Positions 41,245 to 51,320 of a DNA stretch of 64,000 bases are shown here, piece after piece. How positions within the stretch are numbered: the stretch's first letter is position 1; each line of letters opens with the position of its first letter. Position numbers and translations under genes: made by a program. Location: positions 26,036-90,035 of the forward strand of contig CALVYG010000001.1 of NCBI GenBank assembly GCA_944372095.1, in the 5' to 3' direction. This DNA comes from an uncultured Clostridia bacterium (GTDB lineage: Bacteria > Bacillota > Clostridia > Christensenellales > DTU072). The notes beneath the pieces are model-generated. The model was not told the origin of the DNA. It made no database searches and saw only the letters and a program-made list of their open reading frames with translations.

Positions 41245-42174
41245 ATGAAAATTTATAAATCGATAACCGAACTTATAGGCAAAACTCCTCTTCTGGAACT
41301 TTGCAATTACGGCAAACAACAAGGTCTTAACGCGACGATAGCGGCAAAACTCGAATATTTCAATCCGACGGGTTCGGCAAAGGACAGAGTCGCATTATCG
41401 ATGATAGAAAATGCGGAACGCGCGGGAATACTCAATCCCGATTCCGTAATAATCGAACCGACAAGCGGAAACACGGGAATAGGTCTTGCCGCCATTGCGG
41501 CGAGAAAAGGCTATAAAACCGTTATTACGATGCCGGAAACGATGTCCCCCGAAAGAATTAAACTTATGAAAGCATACGGTGCGCAAGTTGTTCTTACCGA
41601 CGGAAAAAAAGGAATGAGCGGCGCAATCGAAAAAGCCGAACAAATAGCGTTATCCGAAAAAAACGCGTTTATCCCCGGGCAGTTTACAAACCCGGCAAAC
41701 CCCGAAGCGCATTATCATTCCACCGGTCCGGAAATATGGTCGGATACCGACGGCAAAGTCGATATTTTCGTTGCGGGAATAGGTACGGGCGGAACAATAT
41801 CGGGAACGGGCAGATTCCTTAAATCGAAAAATCCCGACATAAAAATCATAGGCGTCGAACCGTATTCGTCCCCCGTTCTGTCGCAAGGCAAATCGGGCGC
41901 GCACGGAATTCAGGGTATCGGCGCGGGATTCGTTCCCGAAACTCTCGATACCTCGGTTTACGACGAAATCGTTGCCGTTAAAGACTCCGACGCATTCCTG
42001 TCTTCCCGCGAACTTGCAAGAACGGAAGGTATTCTTACGGGCATATCCTCGGGGGCGGCTTTATATGCGGCGGCGCAGGTTGCTCTCCGCCCGGAAAACC
42101 GCAATAAACTTATTGTCGTTTTACTTCCCGACACGGGCGAAAGATACCTTTCTTCTCCCGTTTTCGGCGAATAA
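41245..42174 (+). CDS. cysK: Cysteine synthase A
   Basis: NPTGSAKDR, EPTSGNTG, GTGGT, IQGIG, PDTGERYLS. Confidence 0.96.
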   Translation: MKIYKSITELIGKTPLLELCNYGKQQGLNATIAAKLEYFNPTGSAKDRVALSMIENAERAGILNPDSVIIEPTSGNTGIGLAAIAARKGYKTVITMPETMSPERIKLMKAYGAQVVLTDGKKGMSGAIEKAEQIALSEKNAFIPGQFTNPANPEAHYHSTGPEIWSDTDGKVDIFVAGIGTGGTISGTGRFLKSKNPDIKIIGVEPYSSPVLSQGKSGAHGIQGIGAGFVPETLDTSVYDEIVAVKDSDAFLSSRELARTEGILTGISSGAALYAAAQVALRPENRNKLIVVLLPDTGERYLSSPVFGE

Positions 42175-42192
42175 TTCTTATCTTAAATAAAC

Positions 42193-42223
42193 AAAACGAC
42201 CGCATCATAAAAGCGGTCGTTTT
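42193..42223. terminator. Bidirectional terminator
   Basis: AAAACGACCGC-loop-GCGGTCGTTTT. Confidence 0.78.
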
Positions 42224-42251
42224 ATGTTTTCCCGTTTCTCCCCTATTATAT

Positions 42252-42557
42252 TCAACTTGCTACCACTATGGCTATTATAATTATCCACAGCACAATCCAA
42301 CCCAAAAAGAATCCTATTCCGATTTTACAATTTTTTCTGTTCCTTTCTTCCTTATACGTTGCCAATCCGATTATGCCGAGAACCAATCCGAGCCACCCGC
42401 CGAGAATTCCGAATACCAAAGCGCATATCCCCAACGCGGAACATTCCTCTTTCCTTGCGTTTCCGCCGACAAATTTTCCGCAATTCAGACATACCTCCGC
42501 TCCGCGGTTTAACGGCGTGCCGCAATTTGAACAATATCTTCTGTTTTCTTCCTCCAT
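42252..42557 (-). CDS. Zinc-ribbon two-TM membrane protein
   Basis: CSNCG...CLNCG followed by two hydrophobic segments. Confidence 0.8.
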   Translation of the reverse strand: MEEENRRYCSNCGTPLNRGAEVCLNCGKFVGGNARKEECSALGICALVFGILGGWLGLVLGIIGLATYKEERNRKNCKIGIGFFLGWIVLWIIIIAIVVAS

Positions 42558-42606
42558 TTCCTTCCTCCTCGTTTCTGTTTCCGTCGTCCCCGACTGCGTT
42601 ATTTTA

Positions 42607-42658
42607 ATTATATAGACAATTTTTGTCTATGTCAACAGTTTTAGACAATAATCGTCTA
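42607..42658. promoter_or_regulatory. Divergent promoter region with two palindromic operators
   Basis: ATAGACAA-TTT-TTGTCTAT (42612-42630) fills the spacer of minus-strand TTGACA-17-TATAAT; second copy TAGACAATAATCGTCTA at 42642-42658. Confidence 0.8.
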
Positions 42659-42663
42659 TATTG

Positions 42664-42879
42664 ATGAATATGGAAATTATTTTCGGTACAAATTTACAGG
42701 CGCTCAGAAAGGAAAAAAAGCTGAACCAGTCGGAGCTTGGAGAAAAGCTCGATATGACGCAAAGAAAAATATCGTATCTTGAAAACGGAAAAGCCGAGCC
42801 GAGTCTGGCGGATTTATGGAAAATTTCCGATTTTTTCGACGTTTCGGTTGATTTTCTGATTGGTAAAAAACCGTATTGA
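42664..42879 (+). CDS. XRE-family HTH regulator
   Basis: LRKEKKLNQSELG...ISYLENGKAEP...FDVSVDFLIG. Confidence 0.92.
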   Translation: MNMEIIFGTNLQALRKEKKLNQSELGEKLDMTQRKISYLENGKAEPSLADLWKISDFFDVSVDFLIGKKPY

Positions 42880-42909
42880 AAACAAACACCGGAACGGAAT
42901 TATAAAAAT

Positions 42910-42943
42910 AACAACTCCGTAAATAAAATTACGGAGTTGTTTT
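42910..42943. terminator. Bidirectional terminator
   Basis: AACAACTCCGTAA-loop-TTACGGAGTTGTT. Confidence 0.8.
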
Positions 42944-42965
42944 ATTGTTAAAGCGAAATAAGTAA

Positions 42966-44666
42966 TTACATTTTCGGCGGCGCGTCGATACCGAGAAGTC
43001 TGAGCCCTTCTTCTATGACGCAGTGTACCGCGGCGGTAAGCATCGTTCTCGCGTTTTTTATCCCTTCTTTTTCACCCGCAATTCTGTGGGCAAGATAAAA
43101 ACGGTTAAAATCTTTACATAGGTCAACGAGATACCGCGCAAGATAACAAGGTTCGTATTTCCTTATACATTCGCGTAACACTTCTCCGAATCCGCCGAGC
43201 CTTGCCGCCACGGCCTCGCTTTCGGGGTTATCTATCCCCGAAAAATCCGCCTTCGCCGCATCGTATCCCCCTACTTTTTCCATGAGCGAAAGACATCTTG
43301 CGTTTGTGTACTGGACGTAAGGCGCAGTTTCTCCGTCAAAATTAAGCACCTTGTCGTAACTGAAAACTATATCCTTAATCCTGTTGTTATACAGCGTGGA
43401 AAAAACAACCGCTCCCACGCCCACTTTTTCGGCTGTAACACGCTTGTTTTCAAGGTCGGGGTTCTTGTTTGAGATTATATCGTACGCTTTCTCAACCGCA
43501 CGGTCGAGAACGTCTTTAAGCAAAACGACTTTGCCTTTTCTCGTACTCATTGCTCCGTCTTCGAGACTGACCATTCCGAACGCAACGTGCACCATATCCT
43601 TAGCCCAGTCTTTTCCGAGTAATTCGAGTACCTTAAATACCTGCCTGAAATGTAAATTCTGCTGGTATGCGACTACATACAGACATTTATAAAAATCGTA
43701 AACCTGTTTTCTGTAATACGCAGCGGCAAGGTCGCGCGTAGCATATAGCGTCGCGCCGTCTTTTTTTACGAGAAGACAGGGCGGCATTCCGTATTTTTCC
43801 AGTTCAACGACTTTCGCTCCGTCGCTCTCTACAAGCAATCCTTTTTCTTCCAGTTCGTCCAGTACCGGCTGCATTTTGTCGTTATAGAACGATTCGCCGT
43901 TATAACTGTCGAACGTTATATGCAGTCTTTCGTATATCTTACGGACCTCTCTCAGCGTTATTTCCTTAAACAGATTGAACAGTTCCGTAGCTTCTTCGTC
44001 CCCGTCTTCTATTTTCTTGAAATATGCTCTCGCTTCGTCGTCCATTTCGGGATGTATTTCCGCTTCCGTATGGTATCTGACGTATATTTCGGTCAGTACT
44101 TCCATTCCTCTGCGGTCGAGTTCTTCTTTGTTGCACCATTTCTTAAATGCCACGATAAGTTTCCCGAACTGCGTTCCCCAGTCACCCAAATGGTTTATTC
44201 CTACCGATTTATATCCTAGTTTCGAATATATTTTATATAGACTTCCTCCGAGTACGGTAGTATATAAATGTCCGATATGAAAAGGCTTTGCTATGTTTAC
44301 GGAAGAATAGTCTATGCAAACCGTTTTTCCCTTTCCCTCGTCGCTGTCGCCGTAAGAAAACTTTTCGGCGCATATTTTTTCTATCGTCCTTATTGCTCCG
44401 AGTTTTCTGTCCGTAAAGAAATTAAGATATCCGTTTACCGCCTCGACTCTTATAACGTCCCCTGCCGGAAGTTTTATTGACGCGGCAAGTTCGGAAGCTA
44501 TCGCCGCAGGACTTTTCCTGAGCGCTTTCGCAAATCGGAAACACGGCAACGTATAATCGCCGTTATCCCTCGTCGGCGGTACGCTTATAAGTTCCGCAAG
44601 CTCGTCTTTCCCCACGCCTTCGATATTTATCAGAGACGCTATCATTGCTTTTCTTTCGTCTGTCAT
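42966..44666 (-). CDS. argS: Arginine-tRNA ligase
   Basis: DYSSVNIAKPFHIGH, GDWGTQFG, MSTRKG, PYVQY. Confidence 0.97.
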   Translation of the reverse strand: MTDERKAMIASLINIEGVGKDELAELISVPPTRDNGDYTLPCFRFAKALRKSPAAIASELAASIKLPAGDVIRVEAVNGYLNFFTDRKLGAIRTIEKICAEKFSYGDSDEGKGKTVCIDYSSVNIAKPFHIGHLYTTVLGGSLYKIYSKLGYKSVGINHLGDWGTQFGKLIVAFKKWCNKEELDRRGMEVLTEIYVRYHTEAEIHPEMDDEARAYFKKIEDGDEEATELFNLFKEITLREVRKIYERLHITFDSYNGESFYNDKMQPVLDELEEKGLLVESDGAKVVELEKYGMPPCLLVKKDGATLYATRDLAAAYYRKQVYDFYKCLYVVAYQQNLHFRQVFKVLELLGKDWAKDMVHVAFGMVSLEDGAMSTRKGKVVLLKDVLDRAVEKAYDIISNKNPDLENKRVTAEKVGVGAVVFSTLYNNRIKDIVFSYDKVLNFDGETAPYVQYTNARCLSLMEKVGGYDAAKADFSGIDNPESEAVAARLGGFGEVLRECIRKYEPCYLARYLVDLCKDFNRFYLAHRIAGEKEGIKNARTMLTAAVHCVIEEGLRLLGIDAPPKM

Positions 44667-45751
44667 ATTTCGGTCACCTTCCCGTCGCTGATTGAATATA
44701 TTTTTTTCTTTTCTCCTCCGCCGTCAAAATCGGTACACGTCACAAATGACTGCATTTTTTCCAACTCCTTAAAAAGCGCGTTTCTTCTTTCGGCGTCGAG
44801 CTCACTCAGTACGTCGTCAAGTAAAAGCACCGGGTATTCTCCGCTTTCATTCCTGAACATTTCCGTTTCGGCAAGTTTCATACTGAGCACCGCCGTTCTT
44901 TGCTGTCCCTGAGACCCGTATTTTCTCACGTCCGTTTCGTCCGCGGTGATTTTTATTTCGTCACGGTGTATTCCTACCGTCGTATATTCCAGCCTGGTAT
45001 CTTTTTCGTAATTCTTTTCGTATATCGATTTCAGGCTTTCGTAATAATTTCCTTCTTCCGTTTCTTCGGTTTCGTAAGTTAATTTAAGTTCTTCTTTTCC
45101 GCCCGTTAAAACCGAATGTTTTTCTGCCGCAACAGGCGCAAGTTTTCCGATAAAATCTTTACGTTTTAACGCAATATATTCTTGTGCTCGGCACATTTTA
45201 TCTATAAGTATCGAATTCATTTCGGCAAGCGTAGGCGAATTTTTATATTCTTTAAGCAACTTATTCCTTTGCGCAAGCAGTTTATTATACCTTACAAGCG
45301 TATAGAAATAATTTTTATCCCTCTGACATATGCTTATATCCATAAATCTGCGTCTGTCAGCGGGGGATTCTTTAATAAGTTTCATTTCCGCAGGCGAAAA
45401 ATAAACTACGTATACCGCGCCCATCAGTTCTCCGATTTTACTTATCGGTAATCCGTCAAGCAGAATACGTTTTTTGCCTTGCGCGTCAATTGCTATGTCT
45501 ACCGTATGCGATGAATATTTTTTTTCGACGCACAATTTTATTCTCGCTCCGCCTTGCGTTCCCCATTTTATGAGTTCCTTATCTTTCATTCCCCTTGCGG
45601 ATTTGCCGAGCGAACTGTAATAAACACTTTCAAGCAAATTGGTTTTTCCCGCGGCATTATGCCCGACAAGTACGTTAAGGCCGTCACCGAATTCGGCGAA
45701 CAGCCTGTCGTAGCTTAAAAAATTCTGCAAGAAAACCTTATTTACCTTCAT
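44663..45751 (-). CDS. recF: DNA replication and repair protein RecF
   Basis: GHNAAGKTN, RRRFMD, QRN, GIHRD, GSQGQQR, LLLDDVLSELD. Confidence 0.96.
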   Translation of the reverse strand: MKVNKVFLQNFLSYDRLFAEFGDGLNVLVGHNAAGKTNLLESVYYSSLGKSARGMKDKELIKWGTQGGARIKLCVEKKYSSHTVDIAIDAQGKKRILLDGLPISKIGELMGAVYVVYFSPAEMKLIKESPADRRRFMDISICQRDKNYFYTLVRYNKLLAQRNKLLKEYKNSPTLAEMNSILIDKMCRAQEYIALKRKDFIGKLAPVAAEKHSVLTGGKEELKLTYETEETEEGNYYESLKSIYEKNYEKDTRLEYTTVGIHRDEIKITADETDVRKYGSQGQQRTAVLSMKLAETEMFRNESGEYPVLLLDDVLSELDAERRNALFKELEKMQSFVTCTDFDGGGEKKKIYSISDGKVTEI

Positions 45752-46659
45752 TATCCTTTAATATCGTAAGGCGTAACCTGATATACGTAATAATTCAGCC
45801 AGTTACTGAAAAGCAACGTCCCCGTAGACCGCCAGCTCATATCAATTTTATCGGTACCGTCACCGATAAAATAATTCTTCGGCCGCGCAATATCCGCTCC
45901 TTTCCCGACGTCGCGCAGATATTCGTTTTTCAGCGTCTCGCGGTCGTACTCCGAATGCCCGATAAAGAAAAACCGTTTATTATCTATGCTTTTTATTACG
46001 CTGGCGCCGCACTCTTTTCCCTCCGCAAGCACAACAAGCTTCCCTTCGTTTTTCAATGCGTCCGAATCGATTTCCGTATGTCTTGAATGCGGCATCATAA
46101 ACCTGTCGTCAAGTCCGCGCATAAGCGGGTCAAGCGGAACTTTGATTTCATTCTCGAAAACTCCGAACATTTTATGTTCCAGCTCCCTTTTACCTATGCC
46201 GTAATAATAACTGAGCGCCGCCTGCGCTCCCCAACAGATAAATATCGAACTCGTTACGTTCTTATCCGCATAATCCATTATTTCGCAAAGCTCGTCCCAA
46301 TATTTTACGTCGTGAAAATCCATTGTTTCTACCGGCGCTCCCGTTACGATGAGCCCGTCAAACCGACGGTTCTTCACTTCCTCCATCGTATTGTAAAATC
46401 TGTCCATATGACTTTGCGAAGCGTTTGTCGCGCTGTATGTCGCCGTTTTTATAAGCGTTACGTTTATCTGCAACGGACTGTTACTCAGCATTCTCATAAG
46501 CTGTGTTTCAGTCTCTATTTTTGTCGGCATAAGATTTAATATCGCTATTTCAAGAGGTCGTATATCCTGCGTCGACGCTCTTTTGTCTCCCATTACGAAT
46601 ATTGCTTCTTTTGTCAATACTTCAAACGCCGGTATCTCTCTCGGTATTACGATAGGCAT
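45751..46659 (-). CDS. metA: Homoserine O-acyltransferase (MetA family, probably acetyl-specific)
   Basis: LNLMP, TGAPVE (Glu typical of acetyltransferases), ICWGAQA, PHSRHT, GHSEY. Confidence 0.94.
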   Translation of the reverse strand: MPIVIPREIPAFEVLTKEAIFVMGDKRASTQDIRPLEIAILNLMPTKIETETQLMRMLSNSPLQINVTLIKTATYSATNASQSHMDRFYNTMEEVKNRRFDGLIVTGAPVETMDFHDVKYWDELCEIMDYADKNVTSSIFICWGAQAALSYYYGIGKRELEHKMFGVFENEIKVPLDPLMRGLDDRFMMPHSRHTEIDSDALKNEGKLVVLAEGKECGASVIKSIDNKRFFFIGHSEYDRETLKNEYLRDVGKGADIARPKNYFIGDGTDKIDMSWRSTGTLLFSNWLNYYVYQVTPYDIKG

Positions 46660-46726
46660 TGTCTTTCTCCTCTTGTGTAAGGGCGGTTACTCTTTTTTTA
46701 TTCACCCTTTCATTATTCGGTATGTA

Positions 46727-48007
46727 TTATTTCTGACTTGCTTCGAGCGCGTTTTTCACGTCGCCGATTATATCTTTCTCGCTTTCTATTCCCACCGACA
46801 GCCTTATCAGATTATTGCTTATTCCGCATTTAACCAAATCGGCGTCCGATAACTGTCTGTGAGTTGTGCTTGCAGGATGCAGAACGCAGCTTCTCGCGTC
46901 GGCAATATGCGTTACTATCCTGAACAGCTTCAACGCCTTCTGGAATTTTGCCGCCGCCTCTCTTCCGCCTTTTATCCCGAACGTAACCATTCCCGACGCC
47001 ATTCCGTTCGTAAAATATTTTTTCGTAAGCGGATAATTTACGTCGCTTTCCAATCCGCCGTATTCAACCCATTCTACCGCAGGATTATCTTTAAGCATTT
47101 TTGCTACGGCCAATGCGTTGGAACTGTGTCTCGGCATTCTTAAATGCAAAGTATCGATACCTAAAATCGTGAGAAACGCGTTAAACGGCGCAGCCTGCGC
47201 TCCCAAATCCCTCATCATCTGTCCTCTCGCTTTTACCAGAAACGCCATCGGACCGAAGTCCTTTGCGTACACAAGTCCGTGATAGCTTTCGTCGGGCTGA
47301 TTGAAGTCGGGAAATCTCGGATTGCCGAGATATCCGAATTTACCGCTGTCCACTATTATCCCGCCTAAACTCGTAGCGTGTCCGTCAAGATATTTTGTAG
47401 ACGAATATATTATTATATCCGCTCCGAACTCGAACGGGCGGCATATTACGGGCGTCGCAAGCGTATTGTCCACTATAAGCGGTATTCCGTATTTTTTCGT
47501 TACAGCCGAAAGCTTCCCGAAATCCGCAACTGCCATTGCGGGATTAGCTATCGTTTCGCAGAAAATGAATTTTGTTTTTTCGTCTATAAGCGATTCTATT
47601 TCCTTTATGCCGGCGTCGGGTTTTACAAACTTACAGGTAATCCCGTACTTCGGCAGCGTCGTACAGAACAGATTGTACGTTCCCCCGTAAATGGTGGAAG
47701 TACTTATAAAATTATCTCCCGTCCTGCAAAGATTGAGAGCGGTGAGCGTCGTCGCCGCCATACCGCTCGCGCAGCAAAGCGCTCCCACGCCGCCGTCAAG
47801 GTCCGCTATCTTCTTTTCCAACGCGTCGACGGTGGGACTTCCGAGCCGCGCATAAAAAAATCCTTCCCTTTTAAGGTCAAACAATTCCCCCATTTCTTCG
47901 GGCGTATCGTAAACATAAGTGGTGCTTTGAACAAGCGGCACTACCCTCGGCTCACCGTTTTTCGGGCTGTATCCCGACTGTACGCATTTTGTGTCAATAT
48001 CGAACAT
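46727..48007 (-). CDS. O-acetylhomoserine aminocarboxypropyltransferase (MetY-like)
   Basis: YARLGSPT, ETIANP, DNT, STKYLDGH, HPASTTH, IRLSVGIE. Confidence 0.93.
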   Translation of the reverse strand: MFDIDTKCVQSGYSPKNGEPRVVPLVQSTTYVYDTPEEMGELFDLKREGFFYARLGSPTVDALEKKIADLDGGVGALCCASGMAATTLTALNLCRTGDNFISTSTIYGGTYNLFCTTLPKYGITCKFVKPDAGIKEIESLIDEKTKFIFCETIANPAMAVADFGKLSAVTKKYGIPLIVDNTLATPVICRPFEFGADIIIYSSTKYLDGHATSLGGIIVDSGKFGYLGNPRFPDFNQPDESYHGLVYAKDFGPMAFLVKARGQMMRDLGAQAAPFNAFLTILGIDTLHLRMPRHSSNALAVAKMLKDNPAVEWVEYGGLESDVNYPLTKKYFTNGMASGMVTFGIKGGREAAAKFQKALKLFRIVTHIADARSCVLHPASTTHRQLSDADLVKCGISNNLIRLSVGIESEKDIIGDVKNALEASQK

Positions 48008-48010
48008 TTT

Positions 48011-48463
48011 TTACCTCCAACCGTTCAGCGCGCGCGCTACGTCGCGTTTTATCTGTTTTTCTTTAAGCGTTTTTCTCTTATCGTATAGTTCCTTTCCCTT
48101 TGCCAGCGCAACTTCCGCTTTTACAAGCGAATCCTTGAAATATAATCTTGTTACGACCAACGTATAACCTTTCTGTTCGGTTTTGCTTTTAAGCCGCGTT
48201 ATCTCCTTTTTATGCATCAGCAGTCTGCGTCTCCGGCGCGGGTCGGGATTGAAAAAACTTCCTTTTTCGTACGGCGATATATGCGCGTTATACAAATACA
48301 GCTCTCCGTCTTTTACCGCCGCATAGCTGTCTTTCAGATTAACCGCGCCCTTTCGTATACTTTTTACTTCGCTCCCGACAAGCTCTATCCCCGCTTCGTA
48401 GGTTTCTTCGATGAAATAATCGTGATACGCTTTCTTATTTGTTGCTACCGTTTTTTCGCTCAT
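48011..48463 (-). CDS. smpB: SsrA-binding protein
   Basis: [30 protein letters not shown]. Confidence 0.97.
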   Translation of the reverse strand: MSEKTVATNKKAYHDYFIEETYEAGIELVGSEVKSIRKGAVNLKDSYAAVKDGELYLYNAHISPYEKGSFFNPDPRRRRRLLMHKKEITRLKSKTEQKGYTLVVTRLYFKDSLVKAEVALAKGKELYDKRKTLKEKQIKRDVARALNGWR

Positions 48464-48665
48464 ATCTTAATATTTTACCATATCGCGCACGCGTATGCAA
48501 GCGAAACCCTTGTCACCCTATTATCCTTTATTTGCATTTTTTTTGCTTTATAAAGTATTTTTATCGTCTTGTTTCGGTATATTAAACTTTGAACGCAACG
48601 ATTCTTCATTCAAATGAAATTTCGTTGCGTTCCGTTTTGCCTGTTCCGATTCTTTTTACTTCCGA

Positions 48666-50573
48666 TTAAATTCCCGATTCGAGCAATGCTTTCAAATCGG
48701 ATATTTTATTAAGCAGCTCCTTTCCTTTATCGGTATCCGCAACCGTCAGTCTGCGTCTTGTCTGCTCAAAAACCGTCACATCCGAATGTATATCCGCGCA
48801 TTTTCTTACCGCCTCTTCTTTCGAACTGAACGGTTCGTGCGCGGAAAGGCGTAATCCGTAAGAATTGTAAATCAAAGTATATCCCGCTATACCCGTGGTT
48901 TTCTGATATGCGCGGCAGAATCCCCCGTCTATAACGATAAGTTTCCCTTCCGCTCTTAACGGTGATTCTCCGTCTTTTGCCTTGACCGGAATATGTCCGT
49001 TTATTATATGCGTCTGCTCGCCCTGAACTCCGAAATCCGCAAGTATTTTTTCACATACTTCCCTTTGTTTCGTATATTCGTAACACGGATTTTTACGTTC
49101 GACTCCGTATTCTTTCGGAAGATATACTCTTTCAAACGTAGCTATTTTATCCCGCCCGAAAAGCGGAGAAAGTCTGCCGCACCACAAATACCATAAAAAG
49201 TCAAGGTCGTAATCGTCCTTAACCCCCGTAAATCTGTTTGCATACGCCCGTCTTACAATCTTTTCGCAGGCGTCAAAATACGCCTTCCCCGAAAACGTTC
49301 CGCACCTTAATTTCTGTTCGGCATAACTCCCGTCTTCGTTCAGCGGCACGCACCCGTGATATAACAAATTTCCGTTGACCACCTTATACAGTCCGCCGTT
49401 GCGCATCAGATAATCAATATGTTTCTGCAACTTCTCACTTGTCGCAAAAGTCCTTATAAGATGTTCCATAACTGCTTTTTCGGAATCTGAAAACTCAATT
49501 TCCGAATACGGAGCTTTGAAATCGTAATCGTAAAACACTTTCCCGTCGGGCGCTGTGAACGAACCGTTTTTTCTGTCAAGACGCGCAAGCATTATTCTGT
49601 CGTTCATTCCGTAATCCGGATTTCTCGATATAATTTCCGCTTCCGCTTTCTGCATCATAAAGAATATGGCTTTACGCATACGCGCGTAATTTTTTCTTTC
49701 TCTTTCCGATAAATCGTTTTTTTGCGGGGCGAATCTTTCGTCGTAATCGTAATTTTTTCTCGCAAACTCTTCCAACCGCCTCAAAGATATTCCGTATCCG
49801 TCCTCGATTGCTTCAACCGAACCCGCTTTAAGGGCGATATAAATAACGCTCGCTATGCAAGCGGCATTACCTAGTCCCGCGCCTATCCATTGAATATCGT
49901 GGTTTCCCCACTGAATATCGACGTGGTCGTGCTGTAACAGTAAATCCATTATATAATCGGGGTGCTCGCCTCTGTCGAATATATCTCCGATTATATGTAA
50001 GTTCGCTACCGCAAGTTCTTTTATGGCGTCGCAAAGCGACTGTATAAACGCGGGCGCACGTTTTAACGCTATTATGTTTTTATATACGCCTTCGCAGAAT
50101 TTTTCATATTCGAACCCTTCTCTGCGCGCGTTCACCAGTTCGTTTATAATGTATCTGAACTCGGGCTGTACCGCTTTTACCACTTTACTTCTTGTATATT
50201 TTGACGATACGCGTATCAATATTTTTACAAGTTTTTCGATATAGTATTCAAACTTCCCGTCGCCTATATCCCTGCGTTCTTCCCAAAGTTCTATCGTCTC
50301 TTTCGGATAGCTTATAAGCGACGCTATATGCGCGCATTCTTTTTCGCTCAGTTCGTCTTTGTACAGCAAATCGACTTTTTCTCTTATTACTCCCGAACAG
50401 GTATTGAGCAAATGACAGAACGCTTCGTATTCTCCGTGAATATCGCTTACGAAATGCTCCGTTCCTTTCGGCATACTGAGAATTGCTTGCAGATTTATTA
50501 TTTCCGCCGCCGCAGCTTCCTGCGTCGGATACTCTTTCTTTAATAGAGTAAGATACTTCTGTTCGTCAGCCAT
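48666..50573 (-). CDS. fbp: Fructose-1,6-bisphosphatase class 3
   Basis: KGTEHFVSDIHGE, GDIFDRG, QWGNHD, HIINGHIPV, VIDGGF. Confidence 0.95.
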   Translation of the reverse strand: MADEQKYLTLLKKEYPTQEAAAAEIINLQAILSMPKGTEHFVSDIHGEYEAFCHLLNTCSGVIREKVDLLYKDELSEKECAHIASLISYPKETIELWEERRDIGDGKFEYYIEKLVKILIRVSSKYTRSKVVKAVQPEFRYIINELVNARREGFEYEKFCEGVYKNIIALKRAPAFIQSLCDAIKELAVANLHIIGDIFDRGEHPDYIMDLLLQHDHVDIQWGNHDIQWIGAGLGNAACIASVIYIALKAGSVEAIEDGYGISLRRLEEFARKNYDYDERFAPQKNDLSERERKNYARMRKAIFFMMQKAEAEIISRNPDYGMNDRIMLARLDRKNGSFTAPDGKVFYDYDFKAPYSEIEFSDSEKAVMEHLIRTFATSEKLQKHIDYLMRNGGLYKVVNGNLLYHGCVPLNEDGSYAEQKLRCGTFSGKAYFDACEKIVRRAYANRFTGVKDDYDLDFLWYLWCGRLSPLFGRDKIATFERVYLPKEYGVERKNPCYEYTKQREVCEKILADFGVQGEQTHIINGHIPVKAKDGESPLRAEGKLIVIDGGFCRAYQKTTGIAGYTLIYNSYGLRLSAHEPFSSKEEAVRKCADIHSDVTVFEQTRRRLTVADTDKGKELLNKISDLKALLESGI

Positions 50574-50594
50574 AATTTCTCCTTATCATACCTC

Positions 50595-51320
50595 TTACAC
50601 AATTTCCATAAAAAGCCCTACTAAAAACAGCGCGAGCGCAGTCAACGCTATAAACAACGCTATCAGCAGAATTTTTATACCCAGCTTTTTTCCGTCTTTG
50701 AGTTCGGCGGACGACAGAATTTCTTTTTCTTCCTCTTCCGACGTTTCCGAAAATCCTTCCGGCAAATCATTTTCGGGATAAAGCGCATAATACGCCGTGG
50801 CGTCCGGGTGGTCGATTATTTTTCTTTCCGTATCTTTATTTTTGAGAACGCCGCACAGCATAACGACATCTCCGGAAGCCCCTGCCGTCATCAACGCAAA
50901 AATCGCCGTCTGCATAAGTCCGCCGGTTATCATACATACGATAAAAGGAATAATCCCCGTAATAATCAGCGGTATAATCAGAATTGCGCAATAAGCTTTT
51001 CCGTCAACGGGTTTTTTGCAATGACAATAAAACAAACCTTCTTTGAGCTTAACGCCGAATTCAATATCTTCTTTTTTACATTTGCCGAAAACAATCGCCG
51101 CAAGCGCGTGCAGTCCTTCGTGCAGAATTACGCCGACAAGCACCAAAGCAACCGACAACCCGACGTCGCCGGCAACGGAACCCGTCGCAAGAAACTCTGC
51201 TTTCGTTCCCCAGAAGTTTACCGACAATCCGATAATCAGCAACACGAAAAATACCGTAACCGCACATACGTTTATTTTCCCTATACCGAAAACTCTTAAT
51301 TTCTTTTTATACCCTTCCAT
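50595..51320 (-). CDS. Membrane zincin-like peptidase (DUF3267-like)
   Basis: ILHEGLH, YCHC, P-x5-G, GASGD, DHP. Confidence 0.75.
   Translation of the reverse strand: MEGYKKKLRVFGIGKINVCAVTVFFVLLIIGLSVNFWGTKAEFLATGSVAGDVGLSVALVLVGVILHEGLHALAAIVFGKCKKEDIEFGVKLKEGLFYCHCKKPVDGKAYCAILIIPLIITGIIPFIVCMITGGLMQTAIFALMTAGASGDVVMLCGVLKNKDTERKIIDHPDATAYYALYPENDLPEGFSETSEEEEKEILSSAELKDGKKLGIKILLIALFIALTALALFLVGLFMEIV

Noticed and set aside
48591-48632. Long hairpin between fbp and smpB as an ncRNA or tmRNA
   Set aside because: Too short, no tmRNA features; more likely a terminator or stabilising stem.
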